Assembly (NCBI GenBank): GCA_964016885.1
Contig: OZ024740.1
Location: 372,434,001-372,498,000, forward strand
Direction: 5' to 3'
DNA length: 64,000 nt
From: Eledone cirrhosa
Lineage: Eukaryota
The notes beneath the pieces were generated by a model that searched no databases, was not told where the DNA came from, and saw only the letters and a list, made by a program, of their open reading frames with translations. Below, piece after piece: positions 13,226 to 27,534 of this stretch; the stretch's first letter is position 1; each line of letters starts with the position of its first letter. Made by a program: the position numbers and the translations under genes.

Positions 13226-14166
13226 AAGTGTGTAATGTTCATCAATACAACCCCTAGAGGTAAACTAGCTTACAGATTTAGAAGGGCCCTAGATAAACTT
13301 AAACTAACTATTAAGATAATAGAAAGACCATGTACCTCCATAAAAACACTTTTCAAAGACCTCCCTGCATAGATAAGAAATGCATAATCTGTAAACTTAG
13401 CCCTCATATTAACTGTAAAAGTAGAAACATAGTATATAGCATAATATGTACTGAAGGACAATGTAGAGATAAGAATATAGTGTACATAGGTGAGACAGCT
13501 CGTAGTATAGGAGAATGATTAAATGAACACAGGCGAGAGCTTCAAGATTGAAAAGAATCATCAGTACTCCACCAACATGCTAAAATAGTACATAAGGGCA
13601 AATTAGAGAACATAGAAATAAAATAAAATCTACGCACAGAAAAGATGCAATGTTTAGACTAATCACAGAGGCAATAAACATAAATGAACTCCAACCAAAA
13701 TTAAATAGAAAACATGAATGGAATAGCAACATCACAACTTACAATTAAGGACAAAATGAAAACTCACACACATAGAACAAACAATCAACCAGTAACATGT
13801 AAATAAACAAACAACAAAACAAATATAAACACACACAGACACGCGGATGTAACACATGCGCAAACTAAGCACACAACACACAGAAAAACAAGATGGTGTA
13901 GGACAGAACAAAGGAGAGGCACAAAACAAAGAAAATAATCCCCAGTCACTGAAGAGGTTACCGAATGTGTGACGAAAGAACTTTGACAATATATGAATTA
14001 CCGTCCGGTTGTGGAACCAACCAACCAACCGGAAATTTATAAATTTTTTAATTTATAATTTAATTTATAATAAATTGAAGTGAAAGCAACTGGTGCGTGT
14101 GTTTCTTATTGGTTTCAACACACGTTTTCAGATAAAGAATCTTGCTAAACAAATTCAGAAACGAAA
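13226..14166 (+). mobile_element. PLE 3' fragment: GIY-YIG endonuclease pseudogene plus pLTR
   Basis: CIICK..CKSRNIVYSIIC..C..IVYIGETARSIGE followed by stops. It is a close inverted homologue of 58569-59560 and ends in a TA repeat. Confidence 0.85.
13945..13987 (+). ncRNA. Minimal hammerhead-like motif in PLE pLTR
   Basis: GUCA-CUGAAGA-g-GUUAC..GUGAC-GAAA-GAAC-UU-UGAC. Stem III is vestigial. Confidence 0.55.
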
Positions 14167-14184
14167 TATATATATATATATAAA

Positions 14185-14960
14185 GTCTATGCTAAGTGTT
14201 TGCAAAGAGATGTAGGGAGACTATCGAGTCCAAGCTAGCTGATGAACAGTGTGGTCTTCGTCTCGGACTCAGCACAGCCGAGCAAATGGTCACAATGTGA
14301 CAGATCTCTGAAAATCGTGGGAGTGTTGCAAACAGGTATATCCATGATTTGTAGACTTCGAAAAGGCATGTGACCCGGTTCCTTGGTATATGCTGTTGAA
14401 AGCTCTGCAGGAATATAGGATCAATAGTCAGCTTCTTGTTACTCTGATGGTGCTATAGAAATGCCTAAATATGTGTGTTCGGATAACTGGTACTAAATCG
14501 AAATCATTCAATGTGGGAGTCGGGATCCACCCAGGGTGTGTACTCTTACCTCTTCTGTTCATAAACAGGATTGACATGCACTGCCGGGTTGCAAGTGGTA
14601 TCAAAACTGGCAGGTGTAAAATCAGACAGTTGGAATTTGCAGACGACATGGTGTTATTTAACGAGACAGAAGGTGATATCCGATTTGAACTTGATAGATT
14701 TGATGCCGAGTGATGTATGGCTGGAATAAACACCAGTGCTACAAAACAGAGACATGCGTCCTATCAAGGAAGCCTGAGCAGTGCACTCTACAAGTTAATG
14801 GCGTTCCACTGAATCAGGTGGGGACGTTCAAGTATCTCCGGGTCGTGTGCACGAGTAAGGGAAGGCAGGAGGCTGAATTAAGTGTAAGAATTGCAGGAGC
14901 TGGTGCATTACTGCACCAGCTCCAGCATTTAGTAATCAGAAAAAAGGGAGGATGGCAACA
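14185..14960 (+). mobile_element. RTE-like LINE reverse transcriptase fragment (pseudogenised)
   Basis: FVDFEKA, GIHPGCVLLPLLF, LEFADDMVL and FKYL motifs spread over several frames with stops. Confidence 0.8.
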
Positions 14961-15481
14961 ATAATTGTGTATGTACATACATTTTTCACTAAGAGTGTGT
15001 AAAGGTTTGTAGGTGTGTGTTTATACCCGCGTTTATTAAAGTTTATTTTTAAGGAATCAACAATTGTAAAATTGGTAGATACAGTAATTTTTAGTCCAAG
15101 GTTGCTAAAGGTGGTTATTAGATTCCTTCTTAATGTGACGAGGATATGATCGGCCTGATAAAGCTAGACCATCTTCCCGGTATAGAATCGAATGGAAATC
15201 CAGAATCTCTTACGTAGTGTCTCTAAGATATAAAGACCCATCAAATTACATATGACTGTGGAATGTTCTCAAAAGGGCATCGAATAGATCATTGGTAGTG
15301 GATTCTTTTCTACCCAAGCTGCTTCATTATTAAAGAAAGGTTTTCTACAGTGAAATATTACGAAGCAGCCTAAATAATATATATTAGAGAAATTACTTGC
15401 GAAATCCAAGGCCTTAACAAAGAAGGATCTGGAAATAAAGGGCTAAAATGTAATAATATAAAAATGCATAAAAAGGAGTTA

Positions 15482-15558
<77 letters not shown>

Positions 15559-17097
15559 GCTTGTATAAAAAAATTCGTATGAGATATTTAACTCACTGTA
15601 GTCGTATGTTAAGTGAAAGAGCCGTAAGTAGCATTGTTGAAAGAGATTGACCGGAGCCGAAATCTTCATTTTGTAAATTTGGTTTTCAATTACGCAGTAA
15701 TGTCTTCCATTTAACCATTTATGCTTATAATCTCATGATTTAAAGCAATTAGAAACGAACATAATGCGTTTGATACTTGAAAGTAGAGGCATTAAACAGT
15801 TAAATTATTCTACAATATGTTTACCCTAAGAATGAATGTTTATGGCTATCTATGAAAAAAAATCGCATATGTAACATAATATGCTGTCACTACTATTTAT
15901 ATTACGTTGAAAGCTAAGGAAATAACATATTGGAATAAGTGTTGCGTGGTTAGATATTCAATATTATCTATATCGTAATTTTATCTAATGAGAAAAATGT
16001 TCCAGGCAGATACAAAATTCCTGAAATTTTTTCAAGTAACAATAGGTCAAACCATATATAATGTAGGTAAATGATCATTTGCTTTTCCTGATGTTCTGAT
16101 GTTACTGATAAAAGGGTGTAATAGCTCATATGCTTCGATAAAGTAGATACTCATCCTTTAAGTTACTAAAATATCATCTTAAATTGTGTGCTATAAAAAA
16201 GAGCTCTTGACCATAAGGCATTAAGGCAATAGACAATAAATTTTCCAGCAAGAAGAAAGCTATCTTCGTACAATTTCCTAGGAATATATAAAGTACATGA
16301 GAAAATAATTACAAAGAACTGGAGAGATACAATGTAGAGTTGTAGGAAGAGAGAGAGAGAAAGCGCGGCGAAGATATTGGCAATGGAAATAACACTAATG
16401 GCGACAAAGATAGAAAAATACGACTAAGTTCAAAGGTGCAATTAAGTGTATACACTGTTGGTTCATTTACAAAATTGTCAGCTAGAAGAATCACTCCCTT
16501 AGTATTTATAGAAACGTAACATCTACATAATTGCAATTTTAGTGTTGAAACCTTTGTAAATTTATTCCAAAGTTATCCATTAGACACGAAACTAGATAAT
16601 ATTGGATTTACAGGTAATTGAATTTACTAAGAAGAGCTGGAAAATTAACACGATTGGAGGACACACAAGTAGGTCTAAAATGGCACCGGTTAAATCAGAA
16701 TTATTTCGACATCTAATTTAGAGTAATTATCTATCGCAAGGTAGATTGCTCTCACTCCACCATAAACAATAGATTATGGAGATGTATCAGAATGATACAT
16801 ACCATCATTGCATGTAAGATAACGTATGTAACACACAGCGATTGAAATCGTTTGAACGTTTTGGTTGTGTACAACTAGAATTATTCTTGATTGAACGATC
16901 ATAGACATTTAAGCCAGCAGCAGTTAATATATGTGATCAACGACATTATCTAATATACGTTTGTGTTAAAAGGTTGAAGCTAATTTTAAGGACACTTGCC
17001 AGCTACCTCTTATAGCCCAAGTGTTTGAGAAAAGGTCCGTCATTTCGTATTTCGTTGATGCACTGGAAACATTTTCGTGTACTTATCCCCACCACAC

Positions 17098-17154
<57 letters not shown>

Positions 17155-17371
17155 CATATATATATATATACTTATATATAAATATATATTTATATATGTA
17201 TATACATAAATGAAGTAACAGGAGGCTGGACTGGTGTAAATCCTTGAAAGGTTTATTATACTATGTATATACATATGTATATATAAATATATATAAATAT
17301 ATATATATGTATAAATATATATATATATGTATATATACATATATAGAACACACATACATATGTACATACAT

Positions 17372-17402
<31 letters not shown>

Positions 17403-17409
17403 CACACAG

Positions 17410-17452
<43 letters not shown>

Positions 17453-17624
17453 CAAATACGGTATATTGCCAAATATACTATACATACATACTCACACATA
17501 CACATATATGTAGGTTAAATATCCCATAACTCTTGGTGGAGTCGTAGAGGCACCGTCAAACGGCTTGTCTGGGGTACTTTTAAGCCAGGTCTAAACACAG
17601 CTGATTGTTACTATAAAGGAAGAA

Positions 17625-17785
17625 TCAACCCCAGTACTGGACTGGTACTTTTTTTATCAACCTCGAAAGGATGAAAGGCAAAGTTGACCCCGGCGGGATT
17701 TGAACTCAGAATACGCAATGAGGTGGGACGAATATCGTAAAGAATTCTATCATACTTCTTAACAACTCTGCCAATTCACCGCTCT
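17625..17785 (-). mobile_element. tRNA-derived SINE
   Basis: actggtactt..aaggatgaaaggcaaagttgacc..gggatttgaactcag; same family as 10836 and 31311. Confidence 0.7.
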
Positions 17786-19403
17786 TTATCCTTATCTAGA
17801 CTGTTACATTTCTTATTTTGTGATTTAGTTGAAGAATATCTAAATATCCGCACGCGAAAACTAGTTTACATTTGTTACAACTCTTAAATGTTATTTTACC
17901 AACTGCTTAATAATTAATAACCGAATAGAATACTAGCAACTTATATCTACTCTTATACAATTCATTTATAAACGTATTGAATCTTATAGGAAAATGAACG
18001 TCTGAAGGAAATATGATTATGTAAAAGGAAAATATGTGAGATAATTGTCTGCTCCTTTAAACATTGAAATTTATATTTCGAATTAGTTTATATTGGCATG
18101 AATTTCAGGCAACGCCTAATGAACTGCATACATTCCAGCACAGCATCAGATTAAACAGAGTGTAAGTGAATAAATTATGCTTACTACTCCAATAATACAT
18201 AATTACGCTTATTGTGAACGAAGAGCGTGTAATAGTATTACTTGTTCATCGTACGACAACGGACATGTGTTATATGGCTTAGACACATGAGAAGGGAGAA
18301 GGTCCATGGAGGGTCACTGTATTCTTAGTATCTTATGTATCAAGAGGTCTGTGCATAGCAGAGAGAATTGCTGATGAATTAATGTAGGAAAAATGTAGAA
18401 AATACTAGAACTACTTTTCTAGTCCGAATCCTACCTCTGCTCTGAATACCACTAAAGAGACCAAATGAGTAGTTTGAGGTCAATAGGCCTAAACATTGTT
18501 GTGCCAAAGACGTAGTGTACCGATTATATAATTTAATTTAAATGCGTTATGCGTTCATGTAAAATAACTTTTAATTAAGATTTAAACTTCATCTACGGTG
18601 ACCGATACATGTGGTGATTGTAATATAGATTAGGTTTCTTTCATAAAAGAAGTATATGTAATGAAGACTAAGCATACGCTGGTAAGTTTTGCATAGATTG
18701 CATCCATAGTTACACATATTACAAATACAAATAAAGAATGCCTAATAAACATTGATCATACTATGTAAGACTGTGTATTATAATCCAGATATATTACATA
18801 AATATAATTTTAATCGCGAACATATAGTAACATTAGCATGAAATAAAAAAAAGAAGTAAATGTTTCTTTGATTGTTTTAGCAATTACTAAATGATCAAAT
18901 ATTTATATCACATATATTATATATTGCAGTCGAAAACTGAAAGGGTAAATGTAACACACAACTAAGTCGATAATATAACATGGTTAGTCTTGTGCAATGT
19001 TCTAGATAGTAAGCACAGATTCCATTGTTGTTCATATATGATCTAGATTAATTTAATATTCATATATTTAACATCAGAAGTATTGATATATAATTCATAT
19101 TTTCCTTGTGATTATAACCAGTTTATCTAAATATTATTTGTATAATATTACATCAATAAATCCTTAAGCAGGAAAATTAGATATTGGTACCCATAAATGA
19201 ATATATGTTTCATATAATTGGATCATAGTTGAATTTAGAATCTTTTATATCGAGGCTGGACAATTTCGCTTGTATTTTATAGTTTAGATTTGCCGCTGAG
19301 ATTTCTATCGTAATGTCTATCATAACAGAATATTCATTTCTTATTTCGCTTGAAATTGTATATCCTTCTGTGTATAACAATCTCCCATTAACCTCGTGCT
19401 TCC

Positions 19404-19453
<50 letters not shown>

Positions 19454-19564
19454 GAAAGCACGAAAGCACGAGGCTATCTATCTATCTATATATATAGTGA
19501 AAAATGGAACGGGAACAAAACAGAGAGGCAGTACAAACAAAGGTTTATTAGTTTCACGCTCTTG

Positions 19565-21395
19565 TATATATATATAACAAAGGAATTGTGGTAAGGAACC
19601 AGATTTACCATAACGCACCAGAGTACTTAGGGTAGTAGAGTGGGAAATAGGAAAAAGTGTGAACCCGAAGGCAGAGCTTATGCCGTTTCGACGGCTATTT
19701 CTGGACTAAATTAGAATGTTTAGCCTCGTTAGTAAATGGGGACTTCCTTATATGGGAAGATTGTAGTTGTCAAGAGGATTGGTTAAAATATGTTGTAAAC
19801 ACAAATAAGGCTATCATGGCATTTGGTGGGAGGTAGGGGTAGCTGAACTTGCCTGTAGAACAATAAAAGAGTGAGTGGAGCTGTCAAGCGTTGAAAGTGA
19901 TAAGTATACAGCAGATTCTAAGGATAGTGTATGAAGTGGAGGAGGGAGGTTATAGAATAGGTAAATCGAATGAGAGTAGGAGACAATAAAAGATAATAGA
20001 AATAAAAATATATATATATAAAATTAGATAGTGAGAAATGAATAAAAATAATCCTAATGCTATCTTACAATTACAGGTTAATAAGTGGAGAATAGAAAAA
20101 TCTTGTAGAAATAGTACCAGAACTGATACAAAATTAAAGGGGTTTAACACGTCTGCAATAAGTAGTTAGTAAAACGTACTCGGCCAATTCTATCTTCAAA
20201 TTATAGGGGCGGGGGAATTGATGCTACAGAGGGCCGATGGGCTGCAGCGGAGTAGGCGAAAGGGGAAAAGCAGACGAGGAAGAAAATAGGGGTGGAAGGA
20301 AGTGATAGAATGAGACAGGGGGAAGAAGAAGACAAAGGAAAAGAAAAGAAAAGAGATACATTTACCTAAGTAAGCTGGGGTTTCCCCTAACTTATTCGGC
20401 AAGTGGGGGGTATCAGCCCTTGTCTACCCACCCGGGTCGTTATGGTGTTTGAGGTCGAGGTAAGTCCTACGCAATCTGTGTTTGCATGCGGTTACCAGTT
20501 CGTCTTTCTTGTTTAGGAGTTGGTCGTTCGAAAACGGCATTTAAAATGTTTCCTCCGAGCATAAGTTACACGGGCGGCGTCCTCCCGTGTAAGAGTTAGC
20601 TCTGGACAGTAAGCTCCAAGTGAGATTGTAGGTTGTATTATTATGTTGGAGGTCCCAGATGTGGCAGGAAAGTGTCGTGGCATGTCGCCGGACCGGGTTT
20701 CGGAAAGTATATCGGTGTTGGTAGAGCCGGGTCTGGAAGTCACACGCGGTTAATCCTATATAAGCTCCGTCCTCAAGTTGCACTGGTGGATCACGTTACG
20801 TTCTCGGAATTTGTTTCTGAGGGGACACGTAGATCTATCAGGGCAGTTACACCTCCTGGTCGGCTCTCCCCGATATCTAGGTTATTTCTTCCATAGGGGT
20901 TGAGTTTTTTGTTGTTTGAGGAGACGATGTTTTGTGCGAAGTTAGGTGTGATGCTGTAGAAGAGTTGATGGTGTTTTTGTTGACTATGTTGTGGTAGCGG
21001 TGTTGTAGCGGGAAGTGTTTTTCGAGGAGTCTAAATAAGATTTTCCTGATAGGTGCTGACACCTCGGCATTATGGGGAGGATTAAACCACGTTACGTTGC
21101 GTGAGGGGCGGTGTCGCCTGCTGGTTCCGCTAAGGGAAGCTAGATAAAAGGATATTTCCTCCCGGAAGCCACTCCACTTGAGAGCCTGGTTGTAATGATG
21201 TGCGTGTTCGTCGAATATCTGATCATTAGCGGACAAACGGGATATGCAGAGGGAGATGTTTTTAACCAGGTTATAGGTGATGTTTCTAGGATGGTTAGAT
21301 GGGAGGTGGATGTTGTGCAGGTTGTCGTTTGGTTTCCTGTATGGGTAGTACAGATCATGTTCGAGGTTAAGGGTAACGTCCAGGAAATTGATATT
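19565..21395 (-). mobile_element. 5'-truncated Penelope-like element (RT thumb, GIY-YIG, 3' UTR), with frameshifts and stops
   Basis: NFLDVTLNL..YYPYRKPND..SNHP..WFNPP..KHFP..NKNTI (20970-21395) and YIGLT..FQTR..CNLCSEE..LLNK..CKHR (20470-20770). The 3' end abuts a TA repeat and matches 8955-9100. Confidence 0.85.
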
Positions 21396-21680
21396 AATTA
21401 AATGGAAACTATATTTATAAAACAATATTTATTTTATTATATATATTTCAAGGGTAACCAAGACAACATTGGTACGCTTTCATCAGATAAAATACAAAGT
21501 TTGTTTCATAAATAGATACATACCCATGAACATCATACCTTCTCGGTTGGAAATTCACTGGTTTTATAAATATAGTTTCCATTTATTTAATATCATTGAA
21601 TATTTACTCAACTATAATGTTGAGTGCTCTAAATCAGTTATAAAAAATTGTGTTTGTCGGACTTCCAACAAATTAAATAC
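21396..21680. mobile_element. Rearranged pLTR fragment related to the 27-31 kb PLE
   Basis: 21560-21675 resembles 27497-27605. 21398-21423 is an inverted copy of 21561-21585. Contains a hammerhead on the minus strand. Confidence 0.7.
21430..21494 (-). ncRNA. Minimal type I hammerhead ribozyme
   Basis: UAUUUUAU-CUGAUGA-AAGcGUACCAA..UUGGUuACcCUU-GAAA-UAUAUA-UA-AUAAAAUA, with a perfect 8-bp stem I and a palindromic loop III. Confidence 0.8.
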
Positions 21681-21686
21681 CACTTC

Positions 21687-21726
<40 letters not shown>

Positions 21727-22331
21727 TAGATAGATAGATACATATGTATCTATGTGTGGGTGTGTGTGTTAATGTTTGTGAGCACATCTGTATGTGTGCG
21801 TACATATATATATATATGTGCAGAATATCAAACACCTATGTCTACATTTACTTAAAATACATTAAAAAAACATGTATAAACAAACACACAAACAAACATG
21901 CGTATTTAACTTTTATATTTGTGTGTCTCTGTATCGTCACAATTTGAAGTAGCTACGCGTGACATTCCTTACCCCTCTAAGGACAAAGATGTTTATTTTA
22001 CAATGAATATACTCTCAGTGTTAGATGGGCGCCCACCGGTTTCACATATAAAATATGTATTATATGCCACTAAATTTACATGAAACGCATTACCAAGGGA
22101 CCCGACATAAAAAATTATGTAGGATCTTTGAAGCTTGATAACACACATATATATGAATACGCACATACTATATAAATACATATAATTACATATGCACGCA
22201 CATAATATATAAATACATATAATTATATACAGAGAAACGAACAATATGTACATATATCAACGTATATAGGGAAAAAGGAAACAGCTCAATCAGGAAAAGA
22301 GCTGAAATAATATATTATCTATCTATGTTCA

Positions 22332-22496
22332 GTTCATACACGGAACAAAAGCGCTACGTAAGTTTTCAACATTGACCAATCTCCAAAATGTAAGAGGGAT
22401 AAAATTGTGACACAATCTGGAGATTGGTCACATTCTGGAGATTGATCAATATTGGATCATGAAAGCTTAGGTAGCTATTTAGTTCCGTGTATGAAC
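22332..22496. mobile_element. MITE-like fold-back element
   Basis: 15-bp terminal inverted repeats gttcatacacggaac / gttccgtgtatgaac, plus internal inverted tgaccaatctcca / tggagattggtca. Confidence 0.6.
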
Positions 22497-22504
22497 ATAA
22501 ATTA

Positions 22505-22546
<42 letters not shown>

Positions 22547-22953
22547 TACGTATCAGAGGTAGTTGAGCATTGCAAGTAACGAGTTATGGTATCATCAGGC
22601 TTGACCACTCACGACTAAAATTTGGTATTATACGTATGGCGTCCGACGGAGTGTAGTTATTTCATTAAAAATGAAGAGACAATTTGGCATTTGTATTACA
22701 TAACATCCACTATGGGTATTTCGTAGGTATTAAGCTGTGTAATGTTACGCGAATCAAACACTTGCTCATCTGGTAGAGGTACATAAATGCAAACAATGTT
22801 TATGATATGCTAGCTTCAATACAGTGGTGGCGTTTATGTACACTCAAACACACACGTACACACACACACACCTACACACACGTATACATATATAAACATA
22901 TTTACTTATATATATTTATATTTCTGTTTACACATCAGTGGTAGTTGATCATC

Positions 22954-23045
22954 ACCAGTCTGAGGAGCAGATCGATGCTGGAGTCGGGTCCATACCTCAT
23001 ATGGGTCTCCTTGAGCCAATCCTCTGCGAAACGCGCGTAACGGGT
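22954..23045 (+). ncRNA. Type I hammerhead ribozyme in a solo pLTR-like fragment (about 22920-23100)
   Basis: ACCAGU-CUGAGGA-GCAG..long stem II insert..CUGC-GAAA-CGCGCG-UA-ACGGGU, with a palindromic loop III and a GUA triplet. AATAAA lies at about 23054 and (TA)n at 23100. Confidence 0.8.
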
Positions 23046-23096
23046 CGATACGCAATAAATATATTTCATATCTAAACGAAACTTCCCCGTATTTTC

Positions 23097-23131
<35 letters not shown>

Positions 23132-24129
23132 CACCAAACAGAGATAAACAGAGGGAATAGAGAAGCAAGTTAATATGAAAAATCATCATCAGCAAAATAA
23201 TATAACAAAAACTCATATTGTATTCAGTCTTTGTATAATAAATATGACGATATTTGAAAAATGATATGTAGAATAATTGCAGCAGATGTAAGCTCTTTGT
23301 AACTATGTCAAAAGAAACATATTGGTATTTCACCGCTTAATAAAATACACCATCTTTTAAAAGTTGTTAATATAAGATCTTTATTCCGATACAGAGGTAT
23401 ATAATACAGTCGAAACAGCATATGTTTCAATGCAATTCAAACGCCAATTCTTATCGTATATGTGTTTGTCCATGTACCCCCCCCCCCCACACACACACAT
23501 AGACACACAGACATATATATATATATTTAGGTGTATGTATGCATGTATGTATGCATGTATGAATATATATGTATGTGAGTGTTAGAGTATTGTCATACCT
23601 GTTTTACTGTCCATTCTCTCCATTAATCATAGAAATGTCGTAAGTCAATTTACAAAGTTCTATACACTATTTCCAGTGTTATGTATATAAAAAAGACAAT
23701 ATAGAGATTCAAAATAGTAATAAACAGCCACGCTATCTGTTTAGAGGCATGAAAGATATCACAATTAAACAAAAAGTCTATTGCTTTGTGTATGACTAAT
23801 CTTATTCATTGAAGTTTTATTCATATATGATACACATTTTAACAGTAACGTAAAGGAAAATACTACATGCGTTGTCATTAAATATCAAACGATTGTAATG
23901 AGCCTAATTTACTGCTTTCAGTCATTTCACTATAAACACAATAGAGCACCACCTTAACAAGGTCAGTGACATCGGTATCAGAACATTTTCTTTCTCTTGT
24001 CGAACTGCTAAGATAGAGAAACAAGCATAAACACTGACCAAAATAAAATCAACGGATTTTGTCGAACAAATTGCTCTCACAGGGGCCAGCCGTCAATGAA
24101 ACAACACCATGCTTTCCGCCGGCCCCTGT

Positions 24130-24682
24130 ATCTTGAAAGTAAAATCCTTGACGACTTCAAATACTTGGGTAGCTATATCGCCTCCTCAGAACATGATGTT
24201 AATATCAGACTGGGAAAAGCCTGGGGAGCATTGAATGCAATGGAAAAAATATGGAAATCAAACCTGCCGGCCAAACTGAAAAGGAATTTCTTCAGAGCTG
24301 CTGTGGAATCTGTGCTTGTTTATGGCGTTATCACTTGGACGCTAACGTCAAAACTGGAGAAAAGGCTAGACAGGGCATACACACGTATGCTCCGTGCTGC
24401 TTAAAACGTATCTTGGAAGGAACAGCCAACAAATAAGGATCTCTATGGCAATATACCACCTATCAGCATGTCAATACGTAAACAGAGACTCAGATTTGCT
24501 GGCGCAGCAAGGAAGAAATAGTAGGCAATGTATTGTTATGGAGTCAATCTCATGGAGCAAGAAACGCTGGTCGTCCCAAGAATACATACGTCAAGCAACT
24601 TGAGGACGATACTGGATGCACTGCGTAAGAACAGGCAAACGCTATGAGAGACAGAGATGGATGGAGCAAGTTCGACCTGATG
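24130..24682 (+). mobile_element. RTE-like LINE 3' fragment
   Basis: [59 protein letters not shown]; ends near a tgatga/TA repeat. Confidence 0.8.
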
Positions 24683-26427
24683 ATATATATATATAGGCCT
24701 GAGTGTGACCGTATGATTATGTTTGCAGGTGAAATAGTGATGTCTATGTTTTCTAATTGTAGCGTTCCGACAAATATAGATTGATAAAATGAGCAGCAAA
24801 ATCAAGTCAATGCCCAGATATATATGATGGATGGCTTCCTTCCCAGTGATGACCTATAATTGCAGCTTTGCAAATGAAGATTAATTAGAGTCTTTTTTCC
24901 TGATCGCAGGATTTGGTGTTCAACCCGGAAACTGTTAAAATCCTCAAGCAAAATGTATTATTTCTAATGGCAGTGTCAACTCTTACTTAGATATAATTTT
25001 CGCTCTAGCTTTCACGCTCCACCTTCTTGGCAGTTACGTGGGTTATCATGTGTTCAAGCATTGTAATTCATTGTATATTTGTAAAATGAATAAAATACAC
25101 ATCAATTGAGAGTTGTCAGATAATTTATGAAACAATTTATACAACTTACTCTCAAGCACTAAAGCCCCGATAATGTATGGAAATGCCATTGTAGTAAACT
25201 CTATGGTCATGTATTTCACTTATCACGGTCGCATTGGAGTTAAATAACAATAACCTATCTTATTACAATAAATAATTTCAATCAATGAAATCTAAATGAC
25301 GGAAATGTGCCAACAAGTATAAAAATGGAAGGAAATGGAATATTCTGTGTATACGCACTTATTTTATACTCTGTTATTTTTTCGGTACATTTTATCTAAA
25401 GTGATAAAATTAACATAAAGTAGAAATCGATTGTCCTACGTGTAAATCTTCCGAAACCTTATAGTCAAGAACTGCCAAGGTTTGGTGAGTAATAATATTT
25501 TACATAGATATTTTATGGACGACTGACAATTTAATTATTCTTAACAGTTAGTTATTTATGCTGATGCAGCTGTTATGAGCCATTAAGAGAGCCGAGGCTC
25601 TCTGTGGCAACCAGATTGTTAGAAAGGGCAGCACATTTTTATAATAATGATTCTAGCGGATTCATTTCTTTGCCTATCATACGACATCTACAGTCTCCCC
25701 AAAATGTTTCATTTAGAAATAATGAAACAGATTTTAACAAGAAAAGGAAAATGAGAGAAAGTTTTATATATTTGAAAATACATGCTGCATCGTTGTGTCC
25801 CCTTGATTCTCTGTATCTCTCTTTGTTTCACCCTCCCGTTTGCGTGTGTAATGTCTGTGGGTGTGTGTGTGTGTGTGTGAGAGAGAGAGTCTGTAATTCA
25901 CAAACAACTTTCTTAAAATTTGGTGAAGAAACCGATTATTATTTACTCCGTGCTTAAAACAACGGGTTGCACAATCGTCATAATATCTAATACTACAATC
26001 AATTATATCGCATTAAATTCATGATTCCTGTAAGCATGTGTATTTGTGTATGTTTATCTAATATTTTTGCATGTACAATTTTCAATTGAGGATGTTACTA
26101 TACGTGCATGTGTAAACATGTCCCGAAATCTACTTAGAAATCCACTTAGATTTCAATGGGATTTCGCATATGCTTAAATGTCTAACTCGCATAACGTAAT
26201 TCATTCCAAATTTTGGAAACAAAATAGTCACAATTTAAAAAGATATAACAAAAAGAAATGCAATGCAGTATATTAGACAAAACAACATTAATTAATTTGA
26301 TAATTACAGAAATGCAAGGCAATACAGGAAGCACAATATTGCATTTGACGATCTATTGAAGATTTTCAAGTGTCCTGAATGTTGCGAGTGTATTAATCTG
26401 GTTGTCTTTGTATCTCGTTTCAACTAA

Positions 26428-26620
26428 TAATTGTTTCTACTTTTCGCACAAGGCCAGCAATTATTCCAGTGCATTAGTGGTTCTTTATTTTATCGACCCT
26501 GTAAGGATGACGGGCAAAGTTATCCTCAGCGAGATTGGAACTCATGCCTTGAAGGGCCGTAACTCTATGCTGTAAAGTATGGCATCCGATCCTCTACCGA
26601 TACTGCCACTCCACCGCTCA
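26428..26620 (-). mobile_element. tRNA-derived SINE
   Basis: taataattgtttctactttt..cacaaggccagcaa..aaggatga..ggcaaagt..ctctaccgatactgcca; homologous to 31311 and 52455. Confidence 0.75.
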
Positions 26621-26829
26621 AAGCACTCAATAATAATGTGACTACAACTGTATATAGTTAGATTGACTTCAGAAACAGGAGATACTTTTTATATCTCGCT
26701 GATATACCTATTCTGCTCTACTTATCCTTCGAAATCGTTTAAGTTGGTCCGACTACACATACATACACATTTAAGCACTAAGTAATATAGTAGAACGAAT
26801 GTTTCATTACATTAATGCATTTTGACAAA

Positions 26830-26894
<65 letters not shown>

Positions 26895-26958
26895 AAAGAT
26901 TTATTTAAAATTGTTGGGTTACAACGAGTAAATATTTTATAACTGATATAAAAGCACT

Positions 26959-27534
26959 CATTATGGATATGTGTCTCATTCATGAATATTGATATTTACA
27001 TTATAATACCTAATTCATAAAAATTGATAATTCAAATGGATGAGACATAATATATTTTAAATATATCATCTTTCTTTCTTTTTCTCCTCTACACTGGACG
27101 TGATTTATCTGTCGGCTATTTTAACTGTATCCATTCCCTCCTAACCTCTCACTTGTACGAGGATCATCTGTCCCAAAGCTGCCTACTATATTTTTTTCAC
27201 TTCCTCAATATATTTCTCTCTCTCATATCTCCTTCTCTCTCTATCTCGCTCTGTTGTTTTTTTTTGCATACATCTCTTCATCTTCTTCTTTTTTATCTTC
27301 GTTTTTCTTCGTCTTTCTTTCTCTATAACTGTCCTCAACAGTTTCACTACCAAATCAACTTTTTAAATGGAAGTTGCATTATTCTAAGGTATGTCAAAAT
27401 TATTTATAAAACAGCTTATATATTGTATTTTGTCTGAGGAAGGCATACCATATTTTTAATATGATATCCCAGAAATATATATAACGAAATAAATATGGTT
27501 TTATAAATATAGTTTCCATTTGTTTAATATCGTA
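26959..27534 (+). repeat. 5' pseudo-LTR of the PLE
   Basis: Direct repeat of 30707-31282. Confidence 0.95.
27426..27491 (+). ncRNA. Minimal type I hammerhead ribozyme in the 5' pLTR
   Basis: UAUUUUGU-CUGAGGA-stem II (..CAUAUU uuu AAUAUG..)-GAAA-UAUAUA-UA-ACGAAAUA. The base of stem II is imperfect. Confidence 0.75.

Noticed and set aside
20877-21395. A few Tyr-to-His-like changes (PPHN, HHYN) suggesting T>C bias
   Set aside because: Too few sites to distinguish from ordinary divergence.
27153-27437. Hydrophobic 94-aa ORF duplicated at 30901-31185
   Set aside because: Translation of the pyrimidine-rich pLTR with a non-ATG start; duplicated only because the pLTR is.
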